In this document: positions 29,921 through 45,485 of the stretch, in pieces
How the letters are laid out: each line of letters starts with the position of its first letter
Numbering within the stretch: position 1 is the first letter of the stretch
Assembly (NCBI RefSeq): GCF_030684315.1
Contig: NC_081391.1
Location: forward strand, 20,234,629 to 20,298,628
Source: Stegostoma tigrinum
Lineage: Eukaryota
DNA length: 64,000 bases
Direction of reading: 5' to 3'
Notes under the pieces: generated by a model
The model's database searches: none
The model's input: only the letters and a program-made list of their open reading frames with translations
What the model was told of the DNA's origin: nothing
Translations under genes and position numbers: made by a program

Positions 29921-31003
29921 TATGATGCAAAGAGTAGTGATAAACGGGTCCCCTTCGGAATGGCAGGCAGTGACCAGTGGGGTACCACAAGGTTCGGTGC
30001 TGGGACCACAGCTGTTTACGATATATATGAATGATATAGACGAAGACATTAAAAGTAGTATTAGCAAATTTGCTGATGACACAAAGTTGGGTGGCAGTGT
30101 GTAATGTGAGGAGGATGTTATGAGAACACAGGGTGACTTGAACAGACGAGGTGAGTGGACGGATGCATAGCAGACGCAGTTTAATGTGGATAAATGTGTG
30201 GTTATACACTTTGGTGGCAGGAACAGGAAGGCAGATTACTATCTCAATGGAGTCAAGTTAGGTAAAGGGCAAGTACAACGAGATCTAGGTGTTCTTGTAC
30301 ATCAGTCAATGAAAGTAAGCATGCAGGTACAGCAGGCAGTGAAGAAAGCTAATGGCATGCTTGCCTTCATAACAAGAGGAATTGAGTATAGGAGCAAAGA
30401 GGTCTTTTTGCAGCTGTACAGGGCCCTGGTGAGACCGCACCTGGAGTATTGTGTGCAGTTTTGGTCTCCAAATTTGAGGAAGGATGTTCTTGCTATTGAG
30501 GGAGTGCAGCGTAGGTTCACAAGGGCAATTCCCAGAATGGCGGGACTATCATATGTTAAAAGATTGGAGCGACTGGGCTTGTATACACTTGAGTTTAGAA
30601 GGATGAGAAGGAATCTGATTGAGGCGTATAAGATTATTAAGGGATTGGACACTCTGGAGGCAGGAAGCATGTTTCTGCTGATGGGTGAGTCCAGAACTAG
30701 AGGACACAGTTTAAACATCAGGGGAAGGCCATTTAGAGCAGAGTTGAGGAAAAACGTCTTCACCCAGAGAGTGGTGGATATATGGAATGCTCTTCCCCAG
30801 AAGGCAGTGGAGGCCAAGTCTCTGGATACTTACTAGAAAGAGATAGATAGAACTCTTAAAGGTAGTGGGATCAAGGGTTATGGGGATAAGGCTGGAACAG
30901 GATACTGATTGTGGATGATCAGCCATGATCATAATGAATGGTGGTGCTGGCTCGAAGGGCCGAATGGCCTACTCCAGCACCTATTGTCTATTGTCTACTG
31001 TCT
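29921..31003 (+). mobile_element. Younger 5'-truncated CR1 LINE insertion
   Basis: [13 protein letters not shown] and [11 protein letters not shown], plus a 216-aa open C-terminal ORF2 stretch (30186-30836); 3' tail (ctattgt)n. The empty site is visible in the paralog at ~13665. Confidence 0.95.
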
Positions 31004-32164
31004 GTCCCTTCTGTGAAGAGGCTGTTTCTGACATTATCCTGGACAGTTTAGCTTTAATTTGAAGATTCTATTTCCAATCCATACGCTCAGCCCTAGATGA
31101 CCCATTGAGACGAAACAATTCCTCTCAATCTACCCTGTCAAATCCACTAATGCTCTTAAAACTTCCAAATACCGCCGGCTCTTAACCTTCCATACTGAGG
31201 GACTCGGGCAAGCTGCCATCATCATTTAACCAGCTCTTTATCTCTGAGTTGATTCTGGAAATTCTCGGCTGCACCATCTTTAGGCCCAACCTGCCAAAAA
31301 TGATATACCAGAGATGGTTGAACCAGAACTTGACAATTTCATAAAAAACCTCCACCCAGAGGTGTGCAAATCCCTTAGAGATCAGGACTGACATTGAATT
31401 AATTTCTTTGTTCAGTGTGTTTATATCTCGTCTCTAGTTTCAATACATTTCTGTCCACTTGTCTCAGTTTTATTTTGATCATTAGTTTTGACAACCCAGC
31501 AGAAGATGCCCCATTTCTAAAACACTCTGACTCATCTTTCTTGGTCAGGAGTGGATAACTTCATACTTCCCCTTATTGAACTGTATCAGCCATTCTTCCC
31601 CACTCCATGGAAGTTTGAAACATTCTACTGTCATGATAAAGTGCCACTTGATGTAATGCCATCAGCAAATATTTGAATTGTGGCTGTCCATTTCTTCATC
31701 TGTAACATTTATAATCCAAGGAAAAGCTAAGGCCCCAGTTTCTCTCCTTGGGGAAAGTAATGACATCTTGCTTTCTCTTTTATTACCTCATGGGGTGAAC
31801 GTTTTGTTGGCTGGCCCAGCATTTATTGCATTTCCCTAATTATTATTGTCTTCTTGAATTGCTGTTGTCCATTTGGTGCAGGGAGATCCATAATGCCATT
31901 TTGGACAGAATTCCAGGATTCAGATGGTATGACTGTAGATTGAGTTTTGCCTCATGAGCTTCATTGAGTATTTTGAAGAAGTGATGAAGAGCAATGATGA
32001 GGGCAGAGTGGTGGGCGTGATCTACATGGACTGCAACGAAGCGTTTTACAATGTTGCTCATAGTAAGCTGTTTAGCAAAGTGAGATCACATGGAATCCAT
32101 GGAGAATTATCCATTTGGATACAGAAATGGCTCAAAGGTGGAGGGCAAAGGGTTCCGGTAGAGG

Positions 32165-32900
32165 CAACAAAGTGCGGAGCTGGAGGAACATAGCAGGCCA
32201 GGCAGCATCAGAGGAGCAGGAAAGCTGTTGTTTCGGGTTGAGACCCTTCTACCGAAATTGGGAGGGGAGGGGAAGCTCAGAAATAAAGAGGAGGGGTGGG
32301 ACTGGGAAGGTAGATGGGATGGTGATGGGTGAGTGCAGATAGGGGGTAGTCAGGAATGGCCAGTGAGGTGGGGGGGATGCAGATAGGTGGGAGAGAAGAT
32401 GGACAGGTCAAAGAGGTGGGGATGAGAGGGAGAGAGGGGATTGGTCATGGGGTGAGGAGATTTTGAAGTTAATAAGGTCCACATTTAGTGTCGTGGGCTG
32501 TAAGCTCCCAAGGCAGAATATGAGGTGCTTCTCTTCCAGTTTGAGGATGACATTGGTGTGATACTGGAGGATGCCCAAAATGGACAGGTCATCCAGGAAT
32601 GGGAGCGGGAGGGAAGTTAAAACATTTTGCGATTGGAAAACGTTGTTTTTTGTTGCACATTGAACACAGATGCTCTAGAAAAACTGTCTCCCTCATGTAG
32701 CGGAGGCCACATTGGGTGCAGCCGATACAACAGACCAACTTGAAACATGTGCAGGTTATCCCTGTCTGATGTCGAAGGTTTGTTTGTTTTTCTTTTGTTT
32801 TGAATGGAGACACGTGGGAGGCGGTTAGGTGTAGCTGTTCCTACAGTTGTAGGGAACCGGGCTGGGGTTAATGGCGAGTACAGAGTGGATGAGGGAGTGG
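32165..32900 (-). mobile_element. Degenerate Penelope-like element (paralog of 14833)
   Basis: ORF ITCTCFKLVCCIGCTQCGLRYMRET is a GIY-YIG remnant; terminus aaagtgcggagctggaggaacatagcaggcc. Confidence 0.75.
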
Positions 32901-33237
32901 CAGGGATACCAGCGGAGAGGTACTGGGGTGTCCATAGTAAGAGGGGCTATGCCTGCTTCTGTCAGTTATGTGGAACAGTCCCTCTTCTGCTGCTACACTG
33001 GCATTATCCCGTACCTCTTCCTTACTCATAGATTGACAGTAAATAGCCAGCTACATTGCTGTGTGGGTGGTGAGTCAGCTGTCAGCCAACTGCTTTCCTT
33101 CCCTGAAAGGGTTAGAAAAACGTAGGACTGCTGAGAGTTGGCCTTTCAGCAAATTAAGTGAAGTGTCTCTTTTCTCTTCCACTCTTTCCCCGTCCTTTCG
33201 ATCTCCTCTCTTCCCCCCTCCCTCCACCCCCTGCCCG

Positions 33238-33307
33238 AAGCCTGGATGCAATGCAGGGAACTCTGCAGAGAGAGAAGAAGGTGAACCAGAGTCTATTGGA
33301 TCTCCAT
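33238..33307 (+). pseudogene. Inverted (+ strand) relic of ferritin exon 3, best-preserved copy
   Basis: Translates [22 protein letters not shown] versus [22 protein letters not shown], and is preceded by a long pyrimidine tract (33165-33235). Confidence 0.85.
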
Positions 33308-34199
33308 GTCTGCAAATGTAGCTTTAATTGCACCAGCTGTCCCCAGCAGTTGATTGCTGGAGCCAGAACAGGAACTATGCCACGTTTGTCCCACAAGCTA
33401 CAAGGTGGGCATTGAGGATAGGAGACACTGTTACAGGAGAGAGCAGATTCCTCATTCAGTCTCCTACAGTGGAGACTTGTTAGAAAATCCAATTCCTTAG
33501 CTTGGGAAACTAGAACAGTGGTGTCTTGCTTGTTCAAAGAAGCATGCCAAAAAAATGCAATGCACGTGCCAGATGCTATTGCTGTTCCTTTTTTATTAAC
33601 AAAGTATTTTTTAAATGCTTGGATTCTGCTAACCAAGTTAAGTGAAGGTTACTAGCAAAACTGAGGTCTGGCAGCACCTGTGGATAGACTTCAGTTGAGG
33701 AGTCACCAGACTCAACCATTAATTGGTGTATCAACACGTGCAGAGTGCCACCTGCCCCCCTGACTCTAGCCGTTTGTATTGTGTTTGATCCCAGCTTTTA
33801 GGAAAGTTGGAGCATTGCTAGGGACAGGGCACCAGTTAAGTGGCTAACAGTTAGAATGGAGCAATTTTGGTGAAGCTGTTGCCTGGAGACTGCTCTTACA
33901 GAACTGTCACCGTGAGCACTGCTTAAAAGCCAAAAGCTTAACAGTTTGATTTCCACAACAATTACTCATTTAAAAAAATCTTTTGACTTTGGATTCAGAA
34001 ACTGAACAAAAATTGCCAGGGCAAGCATTGATTCAATGCAGAGAGCAAAAAGCCAAAGCGATTTAATAATCAGGTAATAAGCAGCCAAATAAGTGTAGTC
34101 AGATACATGGGCAATGTTTTCATTTTGTGCAGAGTGTGCAAAAAAAAAGTCATTCACTAGAACACCAGTGTACAACAAATGGAGTTGTTGAATCCTCAT

Positions 34200-35958
34200 T
34201 CAGCTCAGGCTGAGCCTGTCAAACAGATACTCTCCTTTGCCCTTCTGAGGGGCTCCCAGTCTCTTCAGGTTGGTGATGTTATCTCCCAGCTTCCTGATCA
34301 TCTTCACTTGCTCATCCAAGTAGTGCCTCTCCAGGAAGTCACAGCTGGAAGACAAGACAAGTTAGTGGAATCCACTGAAGACATTTGGAAGTGACCCTCA
34401 ATTCAGATTTAACAAATCAATACCATGTTGAGGGAGAGGGGCACTCTGGTGATGCGTTTGGACTGTTGTAGATTTAACAGTCTGCAGGAGGCAGTTATGA
34501 GACAATTGTATTCCCCCTCCCCACAAGAGTACACAAACAGATCACTTTCAGGTTGGAAACATTCATCTTTCCTGGAATTTGAAAGTCATCCTGGTAGTTT
34601 GTTGTTCGAAAGGCCATCAGCCCTACATGCTGAATTTAGCAGTGAAAGGCAAGGAAGCTTATTGGAGAGAAAGTGAGGAACTCACATGAGGGTCTGTGTG
34701 GCCAGAGGAGAGATTGTGCAGATCCAGCAAACTCTGGTTCACATCCTTCTCCTTCTGCAGAGCTCCCTGCCTTGCCTCCAGATCATTGACCATGGTCAGT
34801 CTTCTGAAGCGGCAGCGTGGGGGTGGATGGCAAGAGACAAGACACATCACTTAAAATGCAAGAAACCAGTGAAAAAAGCAACAAGACCTCCATCTCATTA
34901 GGAGAGTGTATAACAGCTAAGAGATTATATCCAAAGCATTAAAATGCTATAATATTCAGGGCTTAAAAAGCCTTCTTCAGGACAAAATGACATTTCATTA
35001 AACCCAATCTTGATGTCCTACAAGAGGAGCATGCACCCACATTCTGGAATGCCATCAGTTTCTCAGCTGTTCCCATTCCTTCGAGGAACAGTGCCATGAG
35101 AACTCAAAGTGACACAGGACAACATCTTCCCAGTCAAAAGTGAAAGGATTGTAAACAGGGAAACCCATTGGGGTTTGTTGTTAAAGATCCTTCTCTACTT
35201 GAAATGCTTCTTCAGTCAGGCCTGCAGGTTCTGGAAGGGAAAGCCTCCCTTGTAAATCACAACAAAAACAACACCATAATAGATTGAGGTGTAGTTTCTT
35301 GCCTTGTGAAGCAGGAGGGAAGGAAAAGGATCATCTTCCTACAAGTTGGGTCTTGAATATTTCATACTTGACACAAAATATTAAGTATTAAAATAAAACC
35401 TCATCATTCCAAAAGGCCATATGGGTAGGGAAAATGGCTCAGCTTCAGCAAGGAAACCTTCCAACACAGAACAGGATTCTCAGCTCTGGAGTGAACTAGC
35501 AAAGTTTATTAGTGAAGTATTGACAGCAAATAGAACTCAGGATTGTGACAGTGTTCCTCCCTCTGGGATGGAGGTCCAGGGTCGCATACGCTCTAGAGGT
35601 CAGACATATTATCTCTAGACAGATTAACACTATTCAATAGAATAAATCCAATTACATTGTACAGAAAAACACGCACAGACTTCCCAGGTCATACATCAGG
35701 ATCAAACCATTAAAAGATTATTCACTTCTCAAGGTCAGGGAAAGGCCACAGAAGATTCTAAAATATGAATTGAATGATGCAGAGAGACCCTACACCCACA
35801 ATACATTGAGGCCACAGCTTGAAATCTGAAATAAATCCAGAGAACACCACTGTCACCATGGAGAGGTAAACATGGGAGAAAGAAAGCACCAGGGTGATCT
35901 GCTTGTTAACAACATCCTCACAGGCCTTGTGATGGTTCTGCCACACTTGGGATGGCAT
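34200..35958 (-). pseudogene. Ferritin copy G, decayed 4-exon pseudogene
   Basis: Exon 1 at 35857-35958 (MPSQVWQNHHKACEDVVNKQITLVLSFSHVYLSM; E27 ligand lost). Exon 2 at ~35009-35148 has indels, a TAG and broken splice sites. Exon 3 at 34686-34803 is shortened. Exon 4 at 34200-34344 has a 2-nt deletion. Confidence 0.92.
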
Positions 35959-36025
35959 CTTCGCTATTGCTGCTCACAATCACTTGGACAACTCTAGAAC
36001 TGAGTCTCCCTCCAACAAGCTCTTG

Positions 36026-36185
36026 TATTTATACTCCAGAGACCATCCTGCACCAACCAGGGAATGACATCACTAACAATGATTGACAATCTCTGACAGC
36101 CAATCAGGAATCTGCAAGAACCCAGTCACCAATGAACAGAGGAGGAGGAGAGTGGGGCAATGTGCTGAGACCCAGAGTCAATCAG
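36026..36185 (-). promoter_or_regulatory. Retained promoter of pseudogene G
   Basis: TATAAATA at 36033-36026; agggaatgacatcac; CCAAT at ~36100 and ~36129. Confidence 0.55.
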
Positions 36186-37453
36186 AGATTTGGGTAACAG
36201 TCAGGTTGAGATTATTATTCTGTGATAACGAGAGCACTCAGCCTCTCAAACCTGTCCCCTAATTCAACTGGATCGGTGCGAGTCTGAGTCTTCATTTAAT
36301 ACCTTTGCCTGGGTTCTGCATCGCATCATATTGTGAACTAGCACAGCTCAACAAATCAGTTTCGAAATGTCCAATTGACTTGCAGAACTTTGGGAGTGAT
36401 ACTGTAATGTTTGAGATTAAGCATCATCACTGATTACCATAGCTTTGATCTGAAGATTATTCCCCCTTTTCCAGGATTACTTCGCCACAGGAAACAGTAC
36501 ATTGTCTAACGGCACGATTAGATCCATTAATAATCCAAAGTACCTGGATAATATTCGTTCTCGAGTCTTCCACACTTTGCAAGGACAAGGCTAGTTGATG
36601 TAAACTGTATTCATAACGTAACCAGCTTGGGGCTGAGAAAATGCTGGTGAATCTGTGCTAAGGTTCCTCAAATAACCCTGTCAGAGCTCAGCACAGCGCT
36701 CCAAATGTGCTCTGATGCCACTTCTATGCTGTTGTATTACAACACATGCTGTTTTGTTGTCCAGCCGGCTTGGGGGGAAACTGAGCACGTTCTGGCCTTT
36801 TTAATTCGGCTTTCATATCTGCCCACTGCCACACGGTTATTACGGTGCTGATGGCGACCATTCAGCCCATCGTATCCACCACCAACTCGCTGAGCGTTTC
36901 ACCTCTTGCCATTCTCCTGCACTGTCCCTGTAATCTCCATGTTATTCCCTTTCAGATATCAGTCCTATTCCCTTTTGAATGCGTGAATTGAACCTGCCTC
37001 CAACACACTCTCGGACTATACATTTCACACCCTATCCACTCGCTGTGTTGGAAGGTTTTTATTTTCGCAGATCACTTCAGCTTCTTTTGCCAATTTTAAA
37101 CCTGTGCCTTCTTGCACCTGACCCTTTCACAAATGGGAACATCGTGCCCCTGTTTGTTCTTTCTGGATCCGAATTTGAGCCGTTTGCTTTCCAGAGAGAA
37201 AAGTCCCAGCTTCTCCAATATATCCTCACACCTGAAATTCCTCATTCCTGTTGCCATTCCAGTCAGCCTCTTCTGCACTCTCTCCTATACCTACACTCTT
37301 TCCTTCAGTGTGATGTGCAGATCGAGACACAGTATTCCTGTTGGAGTCAAACTTAAGCAGGTTCAGCATAATCACCTTGCTCTTGTACACTTGTCCCTAC
37401 TAATAAAGCTCAGGGCACAGGGTGCTTTATTAACCATTCTCTTGAATAGCCCT

Positions 37454-38815
37454 CAGAGATAATGGGAACTGCAGATGCTGGAGAATCCGAGAAAACAAAG
37501 TGTAGAGCTGGATGAACACAGCAGGTCAAGCAGCATCTTAGGAGCACAAAAGCTGACGTTTTGGGCCTAGACCCTTCATCAGCAAAGGGGGATGGGGAAA
37601 GAATTCTGAAATAAATAGGGAGAGGGGTAGGCGGACCGAAGATGTATGAAGGAGAAGGTAGGTGGAGAGGAGAGTATGGGTGGGGAGGTAGGGAGGGGAT
37701 AGGTCAGTCCGGGGAGGATGGACAGGTCAAAGGGGCCAGGTGAGGTTAGTAGGTAGGAAATGGAGGTGTGGCTTGAGGTGGGAGGAGGGTCTAGGTGAGA
37801 GGAAGAACAGGTTAAGGAGGCTGGGATGAGCTGGGCTGGTTTTGGGATGCAGTGGGAGGAGCGGAGATTTTGAAGCTGGTGAAAGCCACATTGATACCAT
37901 TGGGCTGCAGAGTTCCCAAGTGGAATATGAGTTGCTGTTCCTGCAACCTACGGGTGGCATCATTATGGCACTGCAGGAGGACCAGGATGGACATGTTGTC
38001 ACAGGAACGGCGGGGGGAGTTGAAATGGTGCACGACTGGGAGGTGCAGTTGTTTACTGCAAACTGAGCATCGGTGTTCTGCAAAGCGGTCCCCAAGCCTC
38101 CGCTGTGTTTCCCCAATGTAGAGGAAGCCACGCCGTGTACAGCAGATGTAGTGTACCACATTGGCAGATGTGCAGGTGAACATCTGTTTGATGTGGAAAG
38201 TCATCCTGGGGCCTGGGATGGGGGTGAGGGAGGTGGTGTGGGGGCAGGGGTAGCACTTCCTGCGGTTGTAGCAGAAAGTGCTGGGTTTGGATGGGAGTGT
38301 GGAGCGAACAAGGACATCGCGGAGAGAGTGGTCTCTCCGAAAGCAGACAATGGTGGGATCGAAAAATGTCTTTGGTGGTGGAGATGGATTGTAGATGGCA
38401 GAAGTGTCGGAGGACGATGCATTATATCCAGAGGCTAGTGGGGTGGTATGTGAGGACTAGGGGGATCCTCTTGGGGAAGTTATTGCGAGGGTAGTGTGTG
38501 AGGGATGAGTTGTGGGAAATGCGGGAGACACGATTGAGGACATTCTCGCCCACTGCAAAGGGGGAAGTGGCGGTCCTGTAAGAACGAGGACATCTGGGAT
38601 GTGCAGGAGTGGAATGCCTCTCCTTGGAGCAGATGGGGGAAGAGGGAAAGGAATTGGGAATCGGGCATGGAGTTTTTGCAGGAAGGTGGGTTGGAGGAGG
38701 CGTATCACAGGTAGCTGTGGGAGTTGGTGGGCTCGAAATGGACATCGGTTTGTAGGTGGTTGCCTGTGATGGAGACAGAAGGTCCAGGAAGGTGAGGGAC
38801 GTGTTGGAGATGGTC
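37454..38815 (-). mobile_element. Penelope-like retroelement (paralog of 18431), nested in an old CR1
   Basis: A 130-aa open GIY-YIG ORF at 37812-38204: NVVHYICCTRRGFLYIGETQRRLGDRFAEH...RRLQEQQLIFHLGTLQPNGIN. Confidence 0.93.
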
Positions 38816-40514
38816 CTTCCACCTTCAATGCTGTAATGCAAATACACCATGCACTTCACTCACTCCTGCACCCTCTTTAGAAATGCACCTTTTATTTTGT
38901 ATTGTCTCTACATGCTTTTCCCACCATTTTTTCTGTTTTGAACTTCATCTGCCACTTGCTTGCCGATTTCACTGATATCGGTGCCCTTTTGAGGTTCTAC
39001 ACCATGGTCCTCACTCGAAGTTACTTATCATGTACAAACTCTGAAATTGCATCCTTTATACCAGGATATAAGTCATTACTTTACTTTTGTAAAGCCTGGC
39101 TCCTCCCCATAACCCGTGGAACTCCACTACAAGCCATCCCCCTCGTCCAAAGAGCATCCATTAGCATCACTTATGTTTCCAGTAACGCAGCCAACTCCAT
39201 ATCCCTGTCACTGCGCTGCCATTGATTACAGGGGCTTGAACATTGTGTGGCACTGTATTATATGTCTTTAGGAAGCCCACGTAGACCACACGAACAACAG
39301 CCCTCTCGCCTATCTCCTCAAAATACTTGTGCTAGATAGCTAAAAGTGATTTTCCTTTTGAGGAGATCTGGCATGGATCTCAAAAAAGATTCATATTCAT
39401 CCATGTAACTATTATGCAATTTTCTACTCATCTCCATTACTTCCTGTCTTCCACTCCCCAACATCACTCATGGAAATGACAGGCATCTACTCCTTCACTT
39501 ATCCCATTTGGAAACTGAATGAAAAGCTGATGCAAAAGGACAATGCATCTAGAAGTTGTTGCCTCTTCTCAGTGTTCATAATTTATTGCAGCTACTAATT
39601 TCCAATTTCAAAACAATTTCTCACACAGATTTAAAAGATCCACTCCCCATACAAGTCCCCTAACCTGCCATTTCCACATACATGCTGTACGTGTTGCTGG
39701 GCTTCTATTCAAGCAGAGCTTCACAATGTTGGAGCTGTAAGAGTTTGCAAATAGGACCTCTCCTCAGCAATTTCTGTACCCTGTTCCCCTACTGAGAGCT
39801 TCACTTCAGACAAACAAGAGGTAAAGAAGTGACCCAAACAATGATTGGCTGCTGTGTATATAAAGCTATTGGGAGGCATGAAAGGGTAGGAGGAGATAAG
39901 TAGTAGTTGAGGGGGGAAGAGGTGGTGGGGTACAGTGTTGAAGAAGAAAGGCAGAAAAGCTTGGAATCCAACTCTGCCTCCTTTTATTATTCATCTGCTA
40001 AACCTCAGTCCCCAAAAAAGCAGAACAAATCCACAAGCTGCAGCTGGGAGGTTGGGGCAGCCCTTGCCGTCTGCAAACTTAGAAAGAGTTCACTTGACCC
40101 TTGCTGCTGTTGGAAGAAGGGCAGATGAGGACAGAGGAAGCACCTAGTGTCTAAAGTCATCCAGAGAGGAAAGTCATGTCACTAAGTGGTACACACCTGG
40201 AAGGCTAATGTAACACTAAAAAGGAAAGGGGAAACACCTCATTTACAAGTTTGCCATGAAAAATGTATGTTCCATATGTACATAAAATTTATGCTACCTT
40301 TGGAGGAAGATATCGAAGTGAGTGAAATTTCTATTGTGGATTTTTTCAGTCAAGTTTCCTGGTTAGCTGTTGGTAATTTAGTTAGCTTAAAAAACAAAGA
40401 TCCAAAATCCAGTTCCACAAAGACTTGTATTTCCATTTGGAATGGCAGACAGAAAAAGGCAAAGTGGTCATCAGAATTAGGTCAGGAATGGATAAATTTC
40501 TTCCATAACCCCAT

Positions 40515-43482
<2,968 letters not shown>

Positions 43483-43549
43483 CTTCACTATTCCTGCTCA
43501 CTTTCACCTGGGCAACTCCAGAACTAAGCCTCTCAGCCACAAGCTCTTG

Positions 43550-43694
43550 TATTTAACCTCCTGGAACATCCTGCACTCAACCAGGGAATGACATCACCAA
43601 TGATGATTGACAATCCCTGATAGCCAATCAGGCATCTCCATGAGTGCAGGAGCCAATGAAGGGCATGGGGTGGAATGAGATCCCCAGAGCCAAT
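43550..43694 (-). promoter_or_regulatory. Proximal promoter of ferritin H
   Basis: TTAAATA at 43556-43550; TGACATCA; CCAAT at 43597, 43624, 43653 and 43690. Confidence 0.65.
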
Positions 43695-44621
43695 CAGAGC
43701 TTTGGAACTGAGGCATATTTGGAACATTCAGTGATTGTCGCTGACGAACAGGAGGTGGATGTTCTGCCCTGTCCTGCCACCCAATTGTGTCAAGCCTGGT
43801 CTGTTGCTTCCTTACGCTCTTCCTACATTGGTCCTGTGTTCCTGTCACACCATGAACGAACAAACATCCAACTGTCTCACATCTGAGCAGTTTATTTGTT
43901 CCCAATATTTCTGGGAAAAAGATTGCAGAGTTCTGAATCCTTTTCCTGAGGAAATGATTCCTGGCACCTGCCCTGGATGGCCACAGCATAATGATGGCAT
44001 TGTACTCCTTGGTCACGCTAAAATAATTTCTCTCCCTCTGGCTCCTCAAACCCGATTGTTATTTTCCAAACTTCAATTGTAGTCAGCCCTAAATCTTCAT
44101 TACCCAAGTGAATGCAAGTACACTCTTTGCAAATTGTCCTCACAATTTAAGCCTGTTAGTCCTGGGATCGTTCTGGTGAATGCACACTGTAGCGCGACGA
44201 TGGTGTTGTTGCTGTGCTAGTCACAGAGAGGCTCGGATTAACACCACGAGGGCAATAAGTGCTGACCTTAGTCAGCAATGCCCTCGTCCCATGAATGAAC
44301 TGAAGAAAACTATCATTGATTGCCTTGGAAATCAATCTGGTTCACTGATATCTTTCAGGGAAGGAAATGGACTCCACGGCCTGTATATGACTACAGACCC
44401 ACAGCAATATCACTGACTCCTAACTTGCGTCTGAGATGGTCAGAAACCTTTTAATTCAAGGGCAGTGAGAGAGGAGCGACGGGGCTTGGTCTTGCCAGTG
44501 ACATTCTCCTCCATGAAATCATTTCAAAAACACTTGCTCCAAGGCCGATATATCAGAACTGAATACTGTTCTCCAGGTGGGGTTCACCCTACACTTTCCA
44601 CCAGTGTAGCACAACCTTTCT

Positions 44622-44927
44622 GGTGGCTCGGTGATTAGTACTACTGCCCCGGAGCGCCGCAGACCTGGGTTCAATCCCATCTTCGAGTGGCCGTTTGTGC
44701 ATTCTCCCTGGGGCTGTGTGGGTCCCCTTCAGAAGCTCTGGGTTCTTCCCACAGTCTAAAGACGTGCACAACAGGTGGACTGGCCGTGCTATGTTGCCTT
44801 TAGCAAGCAGGCTAGGTGGGTTAGCCATGGGGAAATGTGGGGTTAGAAGGATGGGGTGGGCCTGGGTGCAATGCTCGTCAGAGGATCAGTGTGGGCTGAA
44901 TGGCCTAGTTCCACACTGTAGGGATTC
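44622..44927 (+). mobile_element. V-SINE (duplicate of 2322-2627)
   Basis: Same sequence at an offset of 42300. Confidence 0.75.
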
Positions 44928-45485
44928 ACTGATTTATATTCCAGCTCCACTGCCTTGCAATGAACATTAAAATGCAATTAGCATTTTAAAAACATCTCAT
45001 TTACTCTCTACAAGTTGTTAATAATTTCTGCACGCAGATCCCCAAACACACTCTGCGCCTATTTAGCTCCTCGCACTACACTATTTCAGAACACACTGAT
45101 GTGTGTGTCTTGGTCTGAAGTACTCTTCCTCAGATTAAATTCTACTGGTCAATATTGTCTATTTGCTTTATTAGTGCCATCTGGTTCTGTGTGGCAGAGG
45201 CAGGTTTATTATTGGCAGTGTTCAAGAGGCACTGGGTAATTAAACAGGAACAACTTGCCAGTTTATAGGGAAAGGCAGAAGATTCACAGAAAGGGTAAAG
45301 TGCTCAGAGACCGAGTGCAAATGAGACAGTCTGATGGGCCGTCTTCTACAGTATGATAATGCTGTTGCGCTTCCATCAGGATGAGCTGGCTCACCTCCTC
45401 GGGAAACATGAAGACAACCAATGTGAATGAATTAACTACCACTAGATCAAGGGCAGACTTTGAGACAAACCAAGACATCAGTTGT

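Noticed and set aside
30186-30836. 216-aa open ORF as a possible domesticated gene
   Set aside because: It is the ordinary C-terminal end of CR1 ORF2 in a young truncated insertion, with stop codons immediately upstream.
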